Translations under genes and position numbers: made by a program
Part shown: positions 37,337 to 47,024 of the stretch, in pieces
How positions within the stretch are numbered: position 1 is the first letter of the stretch
How the letters are laid out: each line of letters starts with the position of its first letter
The notes under the pieces: generated by a model
What the model was told of the DNA's origin: nothing
Databases searched by the model: none
The model's input: the letters and a program-made list of their open reading frames with translations, nothing else
From: Candidatus Binataceae bacterium
GTDB taxonomy: Bacteria > Desulfobacterota > Binatia > Binatales > Binataceae
Length of the DNA stretch: 64,000 nt
Direction: 5' to 3'
NCBI GenBank assembly: GCA_049795175.1
Contig: JBARDN010000252.1
Span: 545-64,544, forward strand

Positions 37337-40300
37337 TTAGGGCTCCTTGCTGGAGGCGGCGTGCGGAGCCCATTTCAGGATTCCGAGATCGGCGACGAAA
37401 ATCGCGTAGAACGACTTCACCAGGATCAGCTCGATCACCGTCGCCAGTGCGAGGCCTCCGATCTGCGCGTAACACAGCGGCTGCCATAGCGGACCGCCGT
37501 GCAGCGCGAGCGGGAACAGCGCCAGCAGAGTAGCGCCGACGGTCACCATCACTGGTCGCAGCCGCTCGATTCCCGCGTCGAGCAATCCCTGGATCAGCTC
37601 CTCGCCCATCTCGCGGCGCTCTTCGATAAACTCGAACAGAACGATGACGTGGCTGACGATCACGCCGACCAGGCTAGCGATGCCCAAAAACGCCATGAAG
37701 CCGAACGGCACACCCATGATCCAAAGCGCAGCGACCGCTCCGACCGCGCCATACGGCACCGCCACGAACACCAGCCATGGCTTGACCAGATTGTTGAACT
37801 GCACCACCAGCGCGATGAAGATCAGCACGACGGAAATCAGCAGGACCATCGCCAATTCGCCGAAGCCCTCGCTCTGCTTGGCCTGCTCGCCGCCGATCTC
37901 GAGTCGGTAGCCGGGCGGCAGGTGGCTGGCGATCTGTTTGAGCTTCGGAGTTGCAACCTTCATGACCTCCGACGGCAGCACCCCGGGAGCAGGATAGGCG
38001 GCCACAGAGATTGTGCGAAAGTGATCGCGGCGGACAATCCGCTCGGGCGATAGGCGAAATACTATTGGCGCGACCGCCTGGATCGGAACCCGCCCATTTC
38101 CTTCCGTCGCAAAAATATAGAGGTTGCCCAAATCCGAAAGCTGGGCACGCTCTTTCTGCCGAAGACGCGCGACGATCGGGATGCGCAGGTCACCGCTGAT
38201 CAGCGTGCCCACCTGCGCTCCGGAAAGACCTGCGGCGGCGGAATTGGCGATGTCCTCGTTAGTGACGCCGGCCAGATTCGCGCGATCCGGATTTATCGGC
38301 AACTGGATGATCGGACTCTCGGCCATCCAGTCGGTGCGAATGCGCCGCGCACCGGGAACCGAGCGCAGCACCGCCTCGGTCTGGTTGGCGATATGCTTGA
38401 GGGTCTCGATGTCGGCCTGCTCGCGCGCCGGATCGATATCGGCGTGGCCGAAGATATGCACTTCGATCGGGTAGCGCACCGGATTGGTGAGCAACTGGCA
38501 CACATCGACATACGCGCCGGGAACTTCTTTTGACAAAAGATTTTGCAGCGGACCGACGAATTTCGGCATGTCTTCCTTGTTGTAAATCTCAAGGATCAAC
38601 TGCGCGTAGTTGGCCTGCTGCGCTTCCGGTGACACGGAAAACCAGAAGCGCGGTCCGCTGCCACCGACGAAGCTGGTGATCGATTTCAGGATCGTGCGCG
38701 GATGCCCATGCTCGGGATGTGCCTTGGCGTATTGCGCGGCGGCGCTGCGCACCACCGCCGCGACTTTTTTTGCGGTCGCGTCGGTCTCTGAAATCGCCGC
38801 GCCGTTGGGCAGCCATACGTCGATGTACGACAGGTACTGCACATCCTCGGGAAAGTAGGCGCTGCGCAATTGCTTCGCGATCAGGAATCCCGCCAGCAGG
38901 AATAGCATCGAGCACGCGACGAAGGTCTTGCGATGCTCCAGCGCGTAGTGGCCGGTCTTGTAGTAAAGGCCGGTGAAGCCGTGCGCGCGCCGATATTCGA
39001 TCGGAGGCAGCGGCTTGCCGGGTTTCATCAAATAGTAACCGAGCTGCGGAATGAACGTCATCGAGACGATCCGCGACGCGACCAGCGCGCAGGTCATCAC
39101 AATCGGCAGGCTGTAGAGAAAATTTCCGGTGTCGCCGGAGAGCAGCAGAAACGGCAGGTAGGCGACGATATTGGTAATCGTCGAGAACAGGATTGCGCGT
39201 TCGAGCTTGGTCGGCCCGAGCCACGACGCGATTTCCGCCGGATGCCCGATCCCCAGATCGTGCTTGATCGCGTCGCCGGCCACCACCGGATCGTCCACCA
39301 ACAGTCCGAGCGCAATAATCAAGGTCGCGATCGACACTTGCTGAAGATCGATCCCAAGCACGTACATCATCCCGAAAGTCATCGCGAGCGTAAGCGGAAT
39401 CGACAGCGCGATCAGCAGTGCGGCGCGCCAATCCCAGAATCCGATAAGCGCAATGACGACCACCAGCGCGACCGCCTCGTACAGCGCTCCGATGAACAGA
39501 TGGACGTTTTCGCGCACCTGGAGCGGTTGATCGGAGGTGCGCGCGATCACCAGGTCCTCGGGCAGCCGGGTCTTGAGCCCACCGATCGCTTTGTCGACCG
39601 CCGCGCCGAAGGCGCTTATCTGCTCGCCCGAGCGCATGAACACCGCGATCGTGACCGCGCGTCCGCGGTTCCAGTGTCCGTCTGCGGTCTTCCAGTTGTA
39701 GAAGTTCAGGAGCCGCGGCGGCGCCTGGTATCCGCGCGAGATATCCGCCAGATCGCGCAGGTAGAACGGTGATCCGGATTGCGACTTGCCAAGAATTACG
39801 TCGCCGATTTCCTGCGCGTTGGTAAATTCACCGCTCGGATGCAGCGTCACATCGGTGCCGTCCGCGTTGATCATCCCGGCCGACTGCGTGATATTGCGCG
39901 ACGAAAGAATCTGCGAAACCTTGCCCGGCGTGAATCCGTAAGACGCCAGCCGCTGCTGCGAGTAGAACAGGTCCACCCATTCCGGCAGCACGCCGGCGCG
40001 CGAGACCTTCTGGACGTCGGGCACCGCTTCCAGAGCACGCGAGATCAGATCGGTGTAGCGCTCGAGCTCGCGGTAGGTGTACTTGTCTCCCGCCGAGGCT
40101 TCTAGAATCGCCTCGGTCTGCGCAGGATCTTTGATTACCACCGGCGGCCACGCATCCGGATGAAACGCCTCGAACATCGAAGTTCCCACCCGGGAATCGA
40201 TATAGGCGGTCGCCGCTTTCACCAGGTCGGCGCCCGCGGGTTGCGCAGCATCGAGGCCCGAAAAGCCCGACCCATCGAGCGGACGAATATCGGTCGCCGC

Positions 40301-40990
40301 ATGATGCTCCGTCAGGTAGCGTGACAGCGCGTCGCGCACGCGCGTCACCGACTCGGCAGGCATCGTCGGCGGAAAGATCGTCACCAGCGCGATGCGATTG
40401 GATTTCGAATTGGGTGCGGCGTCCGTGCGCACTTTTTCGATCGCGGCGCGAACCTGGCGCGCGCGCAGAGCGATCTCAACCTCGTTCACCTTGGGGCTCG
40501 CAACGGTCAGCATCAACGCCGCAGTGTCGCCGAAATCGCTCTCGAACTGGATCGGACCGGCGCCGCTGGGCAAATTGCGGATACTGGCGAGCTTGAGGTT
40601 GATGTCGTTGAATTGCTTTTCGGTATCCCCGACGTTTTCAGTGAGCTGGATATAGACGATCGCAAGGCCGTCGAGCGTGAGCGAACGGATTCCGTAGTCG
40701 GTGCCGGTGCCGGCGGGATGGATATAGGAGTTGGTCGCGATCTTCTCTTCCATCTTGCGGGTCACGGTCTGCTCGATTTTTTCGGCGCTGACTCCCGGCC
40801 ATGGGCATACCGCAAGCGCCTGGCGCACTGGAATATCCGGATCCTTGCGCTTGGGCATGTGGATGTAGCCATAGACGCCCCACGCGACCACGGCGGCCAG
40901 CAGTACCCACGAGATCGCGCGATTCTCAACAAAAAACCGCGCGGTGTTATGGGTCGTGCGGATTATTTCTTCGTCGCTGCGATGTGCCAT
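37337..40990 (-). CDS. RND-family efflux transporter permease (AcrB/HAE-like), unusually long at 1217 aa
   Basis: 12-TM/two large periplasmic loop architecture. TM4 region GLLVDDPVVAGDAIKH corresponds to the AcrB GLLVDDAIVVVENVER proton-relay motif but is divergent. Stop is 61 nt upstream of arsR. Confidence 0.85.
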   Translation of the reverse strand: MAHRSDEEIIRTTHNTARFFVENRAISWVLLAAVVAWGVYGYIHMPKRKDPDIPVRQALAVCPWPGVSAEKIEQTVTRKMEEKIATNSYIHPAGTGTDYGIRSLTLDGLAIVYIQLTENVGDTEKQFNDINLKLASIRNLPSGAGPIQFESDFGDTAALMLTVASPKVNEVEIALRARQVRAAIEKVRTDAAPNSKSNRIALVTIFPPTMPAESVTRVRDALSRYLTEHHAATDIRPLDGSGFSGLDAAQPAGADLVKAATAYIDSRVGTSMFEAFHPDAWPPVVIKDPAQTEAILEASAGDKYTYRELERYTDLISRALEAVPDVQKVSRAGVLPEWVDLFYSQQRLASYGFTPGKVSQILSSRNITQSAGMINADGTDVTLHPSGEFTNAQEIGDVILGKSQSGSPFYLRDLADISRGYQAPPRLLNFYNWKTADGHWNRGRAVTIAVFMRSGEQISAFGAAVDKAIGGLKTRLPEDLVIARTSDQPLQVRENVHLFIGALYEAVALVVVIALIGFWDWRAALLIALSIPLTLAMTFGMMYVLGIDLQQVSIATLIIALGLLVDDPVVAGDAIKHDLGIGHPAEIASWLGPTKLERAILFSTITNIVAYLPFLLLSGDTGNFLYSLPIVMTCALVASRIVSMTFIPQLGYYLMKPGKPLPPIEYRRAHGFTGLYYKTGHYALEHRKTFVACSMLFLLAGFLIAKQLRSAYFPEDVQYLSYIDVWLPNGAAISETDATAKKVAAVVRSAAAQYAKAHPEHGHPRTILKSITSFVGGSGPRFWFSVSPEAQQANYAQLILEIYNKEDMPKFVGPLQNLLSKEVPGAYVDVCQLLTNPVRYPIEVHIFGHADIDPAREQADIETLKHIANQTEAVLRSVPGARRIRTDWMAESPIIQLPINPDRANLAGVTNEDIANSAAAGLSGAQVGTLISGDLRIPIVARLRQKERAQLSDLGNLYIFATEGNGRVPIQAVAPIVFRLSPERIVRRDHFRTISVAAYPAPGVLPSEVMKVATPKLKQIASHLPPGYRLEIGGEQAKQSEGFGELAMVLLISVVLIFIALVVQFNNLVKPWLVFVAVPYGAVGAVAALWIMGVPFGFMAFLGIASLVGVIVSHVIVLFEFIEERREMGEELIQGLLDAGIERLRPVMVTVGATLLALFPLALHGGPLWQPLCYAQIGGLALATVIELILVKSFYAIFVADLGILKWAPHAASSKEP

Positions 40991-42153
40991 TACGGGATGA
41001 TCCGGATTTCCTGGCCATCGGTGACCATCGTGGCGCCGCGCACGATCACGCGGTCGCCAATTGCGACTCCGGAGTCCACCGCGATTTCATTGCCGACGAT
41101 ATCGCCCAGCCGGACCTTGCGCATCCGCGCGATCGTCTTGCCGCCCTCTTCGTTGGCGACGAAAACGGCATAGCCGCTCGGATCTTCGGGCGGCCGTACC
41201 ACCGCGTTTATCGGAATCGTCGCGACGGTCGCGACTGGCGCGGACGCGTCGTTGGCGAGCTTAAGCGACGCGATCATCCCGACCCGCAGGCGGCCATCCT
41301 TATTCGGAATCGTGACCTCGACGTCGAAGGTGCGTGTATTCTGGTCGGCGCTCTGCGCAATTCGGGTGATCTGTCCTTCGAGTTGCACACCCGGCAGCGC
41401 CTCGCTGCGCAGGGTCTGCACCTGTCCCTGCTTCAACCGGCCGACCTCTATGTCCGAAACCGCGAAGATCGCCTTCATCTCGGTCGTGTCGGCAATCTGA
41501 AACGCGACCACACTCGGCCCGACCAGCGAACCGATTTCGACTCCGCGGCTTAGCATCACGGCGTCCATCGGCGACGTCAGTTTGCAGTAACCAAGATTGA
41601 TCTGCGCCTGCTTGAGCGAGGCCTCGGACTGCTTCACCTGAGCGTCGGAGGATTTGTACTGCTGAACGGCACTGTCGTAGTCGCGTTGCGCAATGATTTT
41701 ATCTTTGAACAGGGCGCTGTTGCGATTGTAGTCGGCTTTCGCCTTCGCATAGGTCGCTTCCGCGTTGACCACCACCGAGGCGGCCTGATTCACCTGCTGC
41801 TGGTAGGGTCCGGTCTGAATCGTCGCGAGGAGCTCACCATTTTTCACCGGGTCGCCGCCCTGGATATCGCGGGTCCGTCCCCCTGCTCCCGCGACTTGCT
41901 TGATTGTCTCGACGTAGCCGTTGACCTGGAACGTCAGGCCAACCTGGCGATAGGGCTGGAGGTTGGCGGTGTATGCGCCGCGATGAGCCTGAGCGGCTTC
42001 TTTGACCGCGCGCACGGTTACCGCAATCGGCGGCGCGGCGGTGGGCGTGGGGTGATTGCCGCATCCGACTCCGCCGACCATCGCCGCTGCAATCATTAGC
42101 GCAAGTGAAAGATTGCGTATGTGCAAGTCGCGCCCCTCCTCGATGACTCTCAC
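40990..42153 (-). CDS. Efflux RND transporter periplasmic adaptor (membrane fusion protein, HlyD family), 387 aa
   Basis: Coiled-coil, lipoyl and beta-barrel MFP pattern (…LATIQTGPYQQQVNQA…YAKAKADYNRNSALFKDKIIAQRDYD…). Stop overlaps the RND start. Confidence 0.8.
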   Translation of the reverse strand: MRVIEEGRDLHIRNLSLALMIAAAMVGGVGCGNHPTPTAAPPIAVTVRAVKEAAQAHRGAYTANLQPYRQVGLTFQVNGYVETIKQVAGAGGRTRDIQGGDPVKNGELLATIQTGPYQQQVNQAASVVVNAEATYAKAKADYNRNSALFKDKIIAQRDYDSAVQQYKSSDAQVKQSEASLKQAQINLGYCKLTSPMDAVMLSRGVEIGSLVGPSVVAFQIADTTEMKAIFAVSDIEVGRLKQGQVQTLRSEALPGVQLEGQITRIAQSADQNTRTFDVEVTIPNKDGRLRVGMIASLKLANDASAPVATVATIPINAVVRPPEDPSGYAVFVANEEGGKTIARMRKVRLGDIVGNEIAVDSGVAIGDRVIVRGATMVTDGQEIRIIP

Positions 42154-42249
42154 GGGCGTCGCGAATCCGCCGCCACGTGCCGCCTCTTCCAGCCCCGAAT
42201 GCGCCCGCGATGTTATCAGAAATCACCGAGCCTCCGCGCTACCCAGCAG

Positions 42250-43281
42250 CTACGCATAGACGCGCGAGGAGTTGCGAATCCGCGTTTTGATTTCCTCGCG
42301 CAAGGCCTTGGGTTCGAGCACCTTGATGAACGGGCTCATTGCCATGATCCAATTGGCAAGCTCGGCGGTTCCTTTGAGCTTGAGCCGCAGCAGCATCCTG
42401 CCGTCGCGCGCACTCGAAAGACGCTGCGAAGGATGAATAGTGCGTGCGCGAAGCCGAGCGTCGGTTTCCGGACTCAGGCTTTTCAGAACTACAGTGGTCT
42501 CGCGATCCTCGCTGACGATTCCGAACGCCCCCTGCACGAACGTCGCCGGATTATAGGACGCGGGCAATTGGAACCGTTCGTCAATGCCGGACTCGTCTTT
42601 GATGAATTCCACCGAGCGCATCCGCTCGATTGCCAGATAAATGATCCCCGGCCCGCGATGACTGCGCCCCAGCAGATACAGCCCGCCGCGATACTGAACC
42701 AGGGTGTACGGATTGAAGTCATGCGTACGATCGGTGCCGTCGGTTCGGTTCATCGACGCGTAATGGATTCGCAGGCGCTTCTCGTCGAGCAGCGCGCGCA
42801 TAATCATGTCGATCTGTTCTTCGTACGGGCGGTAGTCCTTGGGGACATATTGGACGGTGTAGAACTTGCGGTTGAAATCGCGCAGCCTGAACTGCCACGC
42901 CGGCGGCAGATTGGTCCGCACCCGCTCCCAGATATCGTCGACGCCCGACTTGAGCACGGTGCCTTCGAGAAATTTCAGCAGCGCCAGGCTCGAGTACAGC
43001 GCCGCCGCCTGGTAGACATTCGAACCCGGGCTGCCGCGCCGCGCGACCAATCGCAGCTTGCGGCTCGCTCCGGCGCCCGTCGCCTCGACCACCATCTGCC
43101 CGAGTTTACCGCGCATCCGCACGAACTCGCGCACGTAGCGATCCACCGTGCGTCCGCTGACTTGAAGCTCGCGCTGAATTCGCTGAAGCGGCACTCCGAG
43201 CGGCTCTTCCGTCAGCATCATCGCGATCCGCGCGTAGCGGATTCCCGATTCGTAAGTCGGCTTTCTTGATTTGACCGGCAT
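42250..43281 (-). CDS. WYL-domain transcriptional regulator (HTH-WYL-WCX), 343 aa
   Basis: N-terminal HTH (…LQRIQRELQVSGRTVDRYVREF…) and central WYL domain (…LRIHYASMNRTDGTDRTHDFNPYTLVQYRGGLYLLG…). RBS AAGGAGGG 8 nt upstream of ATG 43281. Confidence 0.8.
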   Translation of the reverse strand: MPVKSRKPTYESGIRYARIAMMLTEEPLGVPLQRIQRELQVSGRTVDRYVREFVRMRGKLGQMVVEATGAGASRKLRLVARRGSPGSNVYQAAALYSSLALLKFLEGTVLKSGVDDIWERVRTNLPPAWQFRLRDFNRKFYTVQYVPKDYRPYEEQIDMIMRALLDEKRLRIHYASMNRTDGTDRTHDFNPYTLVQYRGGLYLLGRSHRGPGIIYLAIERMRSVEFIKDESGIDERFQLPASYNPATFVQGAFGIVSEDRETTVVLKSLSPETDARLRARTIHPSQRLSSARDGRMLLRLKLKGTAELANWIMAMSPFIKVLEPKALREEIKTRIRNSSRVYA

Positions 43282-43353
43282 CGTCGCGCCCTCCTTTCGA
43301 GAGCATCTGCATTGTAGCCTTTTACGACGACAACCGCTGTCTTGTGGAGTGTA

Positions 43354-43359
43354 TATAAT
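43354..43359 (+). promoter_or_regulatory. TATAAT -10-like hexamer (within TGTATATAAT) in the WYL/recC divergent intergenic region
   Basis: Perfect sigma70 -10 consensus in a GC-rich context, 66 nt upstream of the recC ATG. No good -35. It could equally serve the minus-strand WYL gene. Confidence 0.25.
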
Positions 43360-43424
43360 GAGCGTGTTGGACGAGGTAAATCGAACAACATATCGTCAGC
43401 CTGACGCGCGGAGATAAACGGGGG

Positions 43425-46400
43425 ATGCTTAAACTTCACTACTCGAACCGGCTCGAAGGATTGATCGAGCCGCTCGCCCGCGCGCTCGGCGAGCAACAGC
43501 GACGCGATCCGCTGCGGAAGATCTCGATCATTGTACCCAATCGCGCGGTCGAGCAGTTCGTGAAGTACCGGGTCGCCGAACGTCTTGGCGTCGCCGCCAA
43601 TCTCACTTTTCCGTTCCTGCGCGCGTATCTGTCCAAGATCGCACAGAGTGCCGACGCGCGGATGCGCGTGCTTGATGCTGACGCGCTTCAACTGGTCATC
43701 TTCAACAGCCTGATGAGCGATAAAAATCGCGCCAATTCGAAGCTCGCGCCGGCCTGGCAATACATCGACGCCGGCGGCGCCGGCACTCCCGCGGCAGAGC
43801 TGCGAGCGTTTGAATTGTCCGGACGGGTCGCGAAGCTGTTCGAGGAATATTCGATCTCGCGGCGCGCGATGCTCGCGCAGTGGGGTAACGATCGGTTGAC
43901 TGCCGCCGATCCCGCGATCGCTGCAAGCGAGAAGTGGCAGCAAGCTCTGTGGCGAATTGTCTTCAACCGCGAAGGCGGCGCAAACATTCAATGGACCGGC
44001 GACGCCGCGCACGACTGGATGATGCTGCCGGACGCGGTCGCGCGAATCGGAAACGCGGCCCTGGCCTGTGCGGTGCGCGACGGACTGCACGTGTTCGGAC
44101 TCGCGTCGCCAGGCCAGGCATACGCAAAAATTTTCGCGCGGCTCGGCAACCTCGGCGCGCTTTCGATCTACACGCTCAATCCGTGCCGCGAGTTCTGGGA
44201 GGACCTTGATACCTCGCGCCGTTCCGCTCAGGCGAACTGGATCCATCGCGGAAGCCGTATCGGCGCAAATCTCGATACCAGCGAAGATCCGTTCGGTCTT
44301 GCAACCGCCGACAATCGCGCGCTCGAGCTATGGGGCCGGCCGGGCCGCGAATATATCCGGCTGCTCAATGAGCTCAGTGATTGCGATTTCGATTCGCACT
44401 TCGTCGGTGAGCCAGCCGACAAACCCGCGTCGCTCCTTTCGCAGGTTCAGCTAGATATACTGGAGCGCTCGCGCGGTGCTGAATTCGCGCAGGTTGATTC
44501 GAGCATCCGCTTCCTCGCCTGTCCCGGAATCCAGCGCGAGGTCGAGGTCGTCGCGAACGAAATCTGGCGCCTGCTGAAGCAGAGCGCATCCGGAAAAACT
44601 CCGCTTCGCTTTCACGAAATCGGGGTGCTGATTCCCGACGCCCAGTGCCACGCCTATGCGCCGCATATCGAAGCGGTCTTCACGCGGCTTCATGGAATTC
44701 CGGTCGAGATCAGCGGACGCAGCGTCGCGCGTCAAAGCAGAGTCGCCGAAGCGATTGGACTGATGCTGAAGCTTCCGCTCGGCCGCTGCACGCGCGCCGA
44801 CCTTTTGCGCCTGCTCAGGCATCCAGCTCTCAGCGGCGGCGACCCGAAGCTCGACGTTGAACGGTGGGACGCCTGGTGCGACGAGCTGGGTGTTTTCTTT
44901 GGCGCCGATGGCGGCGACCCGGCCGCGACCTACATCCCGGCCAATCTCTTCAACTGGGACCAGGCGCTCAAGCGGATCGCGCTGGGAGCGTTCATGTCGG
45001 GCGAACGCAGCGGCGACGATCGGCTGTTCGAGTCCGCGGCAATCGGCGCGCTGATGCCGCTGGAGATCGACGAGAGCGAAATTCCCGCGGCGCAGGCATT
45101 CGTAAGTACGGCGCGCGCGCTCCTTGCCGACGCGAACGCGATCAGGTCGGAGCGCATGAGCATCCGTCGGTGGGGACAACTGCTCGCGCGGATGATCGAG
45201 CGATACATAATCGACGCCGACGCCGACGCCGACGATCAGCAGATGCGCGACGGCTGCCTGGCCGCACTCGAGGCTATGCGTGCGGAGGAAATTGAAAGCC
45301 CAGAAGTATCTTACGCCGTGGCGGAAGCGATGGCGGCGGCGCTGATCGAGGAATTGGGCGAGCGCCAGGTCCGCTTTGCGGGACATGGAGTAGCCGCAGG
45401 CGCGATGGGCACGCTGCACTCGATCCCGTTCCGGGCGATGTTCGTGATGGGTCTCGGCGAGTCGTTTTTCCCGGCGCGTAATCCGCGCGACCCGCTCGAT
45501 CTTCGCGAGCTCCGGCGTCATGCGGGCGACCTGAGTCCGACCGATCGCGATCGATACCTGTTCCTTGAATCGATTCTGGCTGCGCGCGAGCAGATCACGT
45601 TCTCATACGTCGCACGCGATGCGCACACGGGCGACGCGCTCGAGCCCTCGACGGTAATTCGCGAGCTCCAGTTCATTCTCGGCTCGTACCTCGAGGACAA
45701 GGCAGTCGAAGCATTAACGCTGGCGCATCCGGTGAGTCGTTACGATCTTTCATATTTCAAAGACCTGGGAGGCGCCGCGTCGGCGCTCAACGGGCTCAGC
45801 GTAGATAGCGCCGCACGCCGCGGCGCGCGCGTCACGGCGCTGCGCGAAAATTTGGACCGTTACACCGACGACGCCACGCGCCTCGACGCGCGCGAGCTGC
45901 TGCCGGCGCTCTCGGATGAGGCGCGTGCGGCACTGCGTCCAATTCTGCGGATTTCCACAATACCCGAAGCCACCGATGATCTCCGTCGTGAGGGCGAACT
46001 GGATCTGCCAATCGCCGCGTTGCGAAAGTTCCTCGAGTGTCCTGCCCAGGGTGCCGCTCGCTACGCGCTGGGCATGAGCGAAGAAGCGGACGCCGACGAA
46101 GAGATCGTGGACGAACCCGCCGGGATGACCAAGCTCGATCAAGTGATGCTATTGCGCGAGGTTTTTTGGAAGCTGCCGAAGACCGATGGCGCCGCTAAAT
46201 CCGAATACCTGCGAGCGGTTGCGCTGGCGCAGATGAAGGGGCGTGCACCGGTGGGTCCAATCGCCGATACGCTGTGCGATAAGGATCTGAGTTTAATCCG
46301 TGGCTGGAGAAAATACGCCGAGGCGGCGAACGCCGTCGATTTGCCGAAGTGGAAGGAGGTTCGTATCGGTCGGGCCGATGAGCACGCGGCCTCGGCGCAA

Positions 46401-47024
46401 GAGATTCTGCCCTATCTGGTCCTCGAGGTGCCGGTGCGGACCGCGAGTGGCAAAACGATCACACGGCGGGTCAGGCTTCACGGAGCGGTCGGATCCGTCT
46501 CACCCGGGTTCGACGCGGCGTTGCAATGTATCGTGCGCACGGACGCCAAGGCAAAGCATTTCCTGCCGCTGTTTCTGAACGCGATGGTGCTCAAAGCGGC
46601 GGGCGCGCCGGTTGCAAAAGAGTTCAGGGCTATCCTGGTTGGCGTGAGCGCCGCGGCGGAAAAGAAAAAGCTGCCGTTGTGGATCAGAACGCTCGCGGCG
46701 CCGAATAAAGATCAGGCGGTTGAGTATCTGATCGCGCTCGTCAGCGATCTGCTTTCCGATACGCACGACTATTTTCTTCCGATCGAAGCGGCCGAAAAAA
46801 TCTACAAGTTATTCCGCAAGCGCGACGCCGCGGCAGAGGCAGCCTGGGCGCTCGAAGAAATGCGCGACCCGGACCGCGATTTGGGTTTGCCCAGCTCGGC
46901 CTATGGACCGCTGCGCCGATGGCGCGAACTCGAACTGCCCAGCCCGGAAAAAATATTCGACCTCACCAATCGCCGCTTCGGGCCAATCAAATCGCTGTTT
47001 GGTGATGAGGAGGCTGGGGAATGA
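43425..47024 (+). CDS. recC: Exodeoxyribonuclease V gamma subunit RecC, 1199 aa
   Basis: N-terminus MLKLHYSNRLEGLIEPLARAL…ISIIVPNRAVEQFVKYRVAERLGVAANLTFPF parallels the E. coli RecC N-terminus (MFTVYHSNQLD…GIAANIDFPLP). Size fits. Confidence 0.85.
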   Translation: MLKLHYSNRLEGLIEPLARALGEQQRRDPLRKISIIVPNRAVEQFVKYRVAERLGVAANLTFPFLRAYLSKIAQSADARMRVLDADALQLVIFNSLMSDKNRANSKLAPAWQYIDAGGAGTPAAELRAFELSGRVAKLFEEYSISRRAMLAQWGNDRLTAADPAIAASEKWQQALWRIVFNREGGANIQWTGDAAHDWMMLPDAVARIGNAALACAVRDGLHVFGLASPGQAYAKIFARLGNLGALSIYTLNPCREFWEDLDTSRRSAQANWIHRGSRIGANLDTSEDPFGLATADNRALELWGRPGREYIRLLNELSDCDFDSHFVGEPADKPASLLSQVQLDILERSRGAEFAQVDSSIRFLACPGIQREVEVVANEIWRLLKQSASGKTPLRFHEIGVLIPDAQCHAYAPHIEAVFTRLHGIPVEISGRSVARQSRVAEAIGLMLKLPLGRCTRADLLRLLRHPALSGGDPKLDVERWDAWCDELGVFFGADGGDPAATYIPANLFNWDQALKRIALGAFMSGERSGDDRLFESAAIGALMPLEIDESEIPAAQAFVSTARALLADANAIRSERMSIRRWGQLLARMIERYIIDADADADDQQMRDGCLAALEAMRAEEIESPEVSYAVAEAMAAALIEELGERQVRFAGHGVAAGAMGTLHSIPFRAMFVMGLGESFFPARNPRDPLDLRELRRHAGDLSPTDRDRYLFLESILAAREQITFSYVARDAHTGDALEPSTVIRELQFILGSYLEDKAVEALTLAHPVSRYDLSYFKDLGGAASALNGLSVDSAARRGARVTALRENLDRYTDDATRLDARELLPALSDEARAALRPILRISTIPEATDDLRREGELDLPIAALRKFLECPAQGAARYALGMSEEADADEEIVDEPAGMTKLDQVMLLREVFWKLPKTDGAAKSEYLRAVALAQMKGRAPVGPIADTLCDKDLSLIRGWRKYAEAANAVDLPKWKEVRIGRADEHAASAQEILPYLVLEVPVRTASGKTITRRVRLHGAVGSVSPGFDAALQCIVRTDAKAKHFLPLFLNAMVLKAAGAPVAKEFRAILVGVSAAAEKKKLPLWIRTLAAPNKDQAVEYLIALVSDLLSDTHDYFLPIEAAEKIYKLFRKRDAAAEAAWALEEMRDPDRDLGLPSSAYGPLRRWRELELPSPEKIFDLTNRRFGPIKSLFGDEEAGE

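Noticed and set aside
42121-43269. 382-aa plus-strand ORF opposite the WYL regulator
   Set aside because: Shadow ORF. The minus-strand frame has HTH and WYL domains and an AAGGAGGG RBS.
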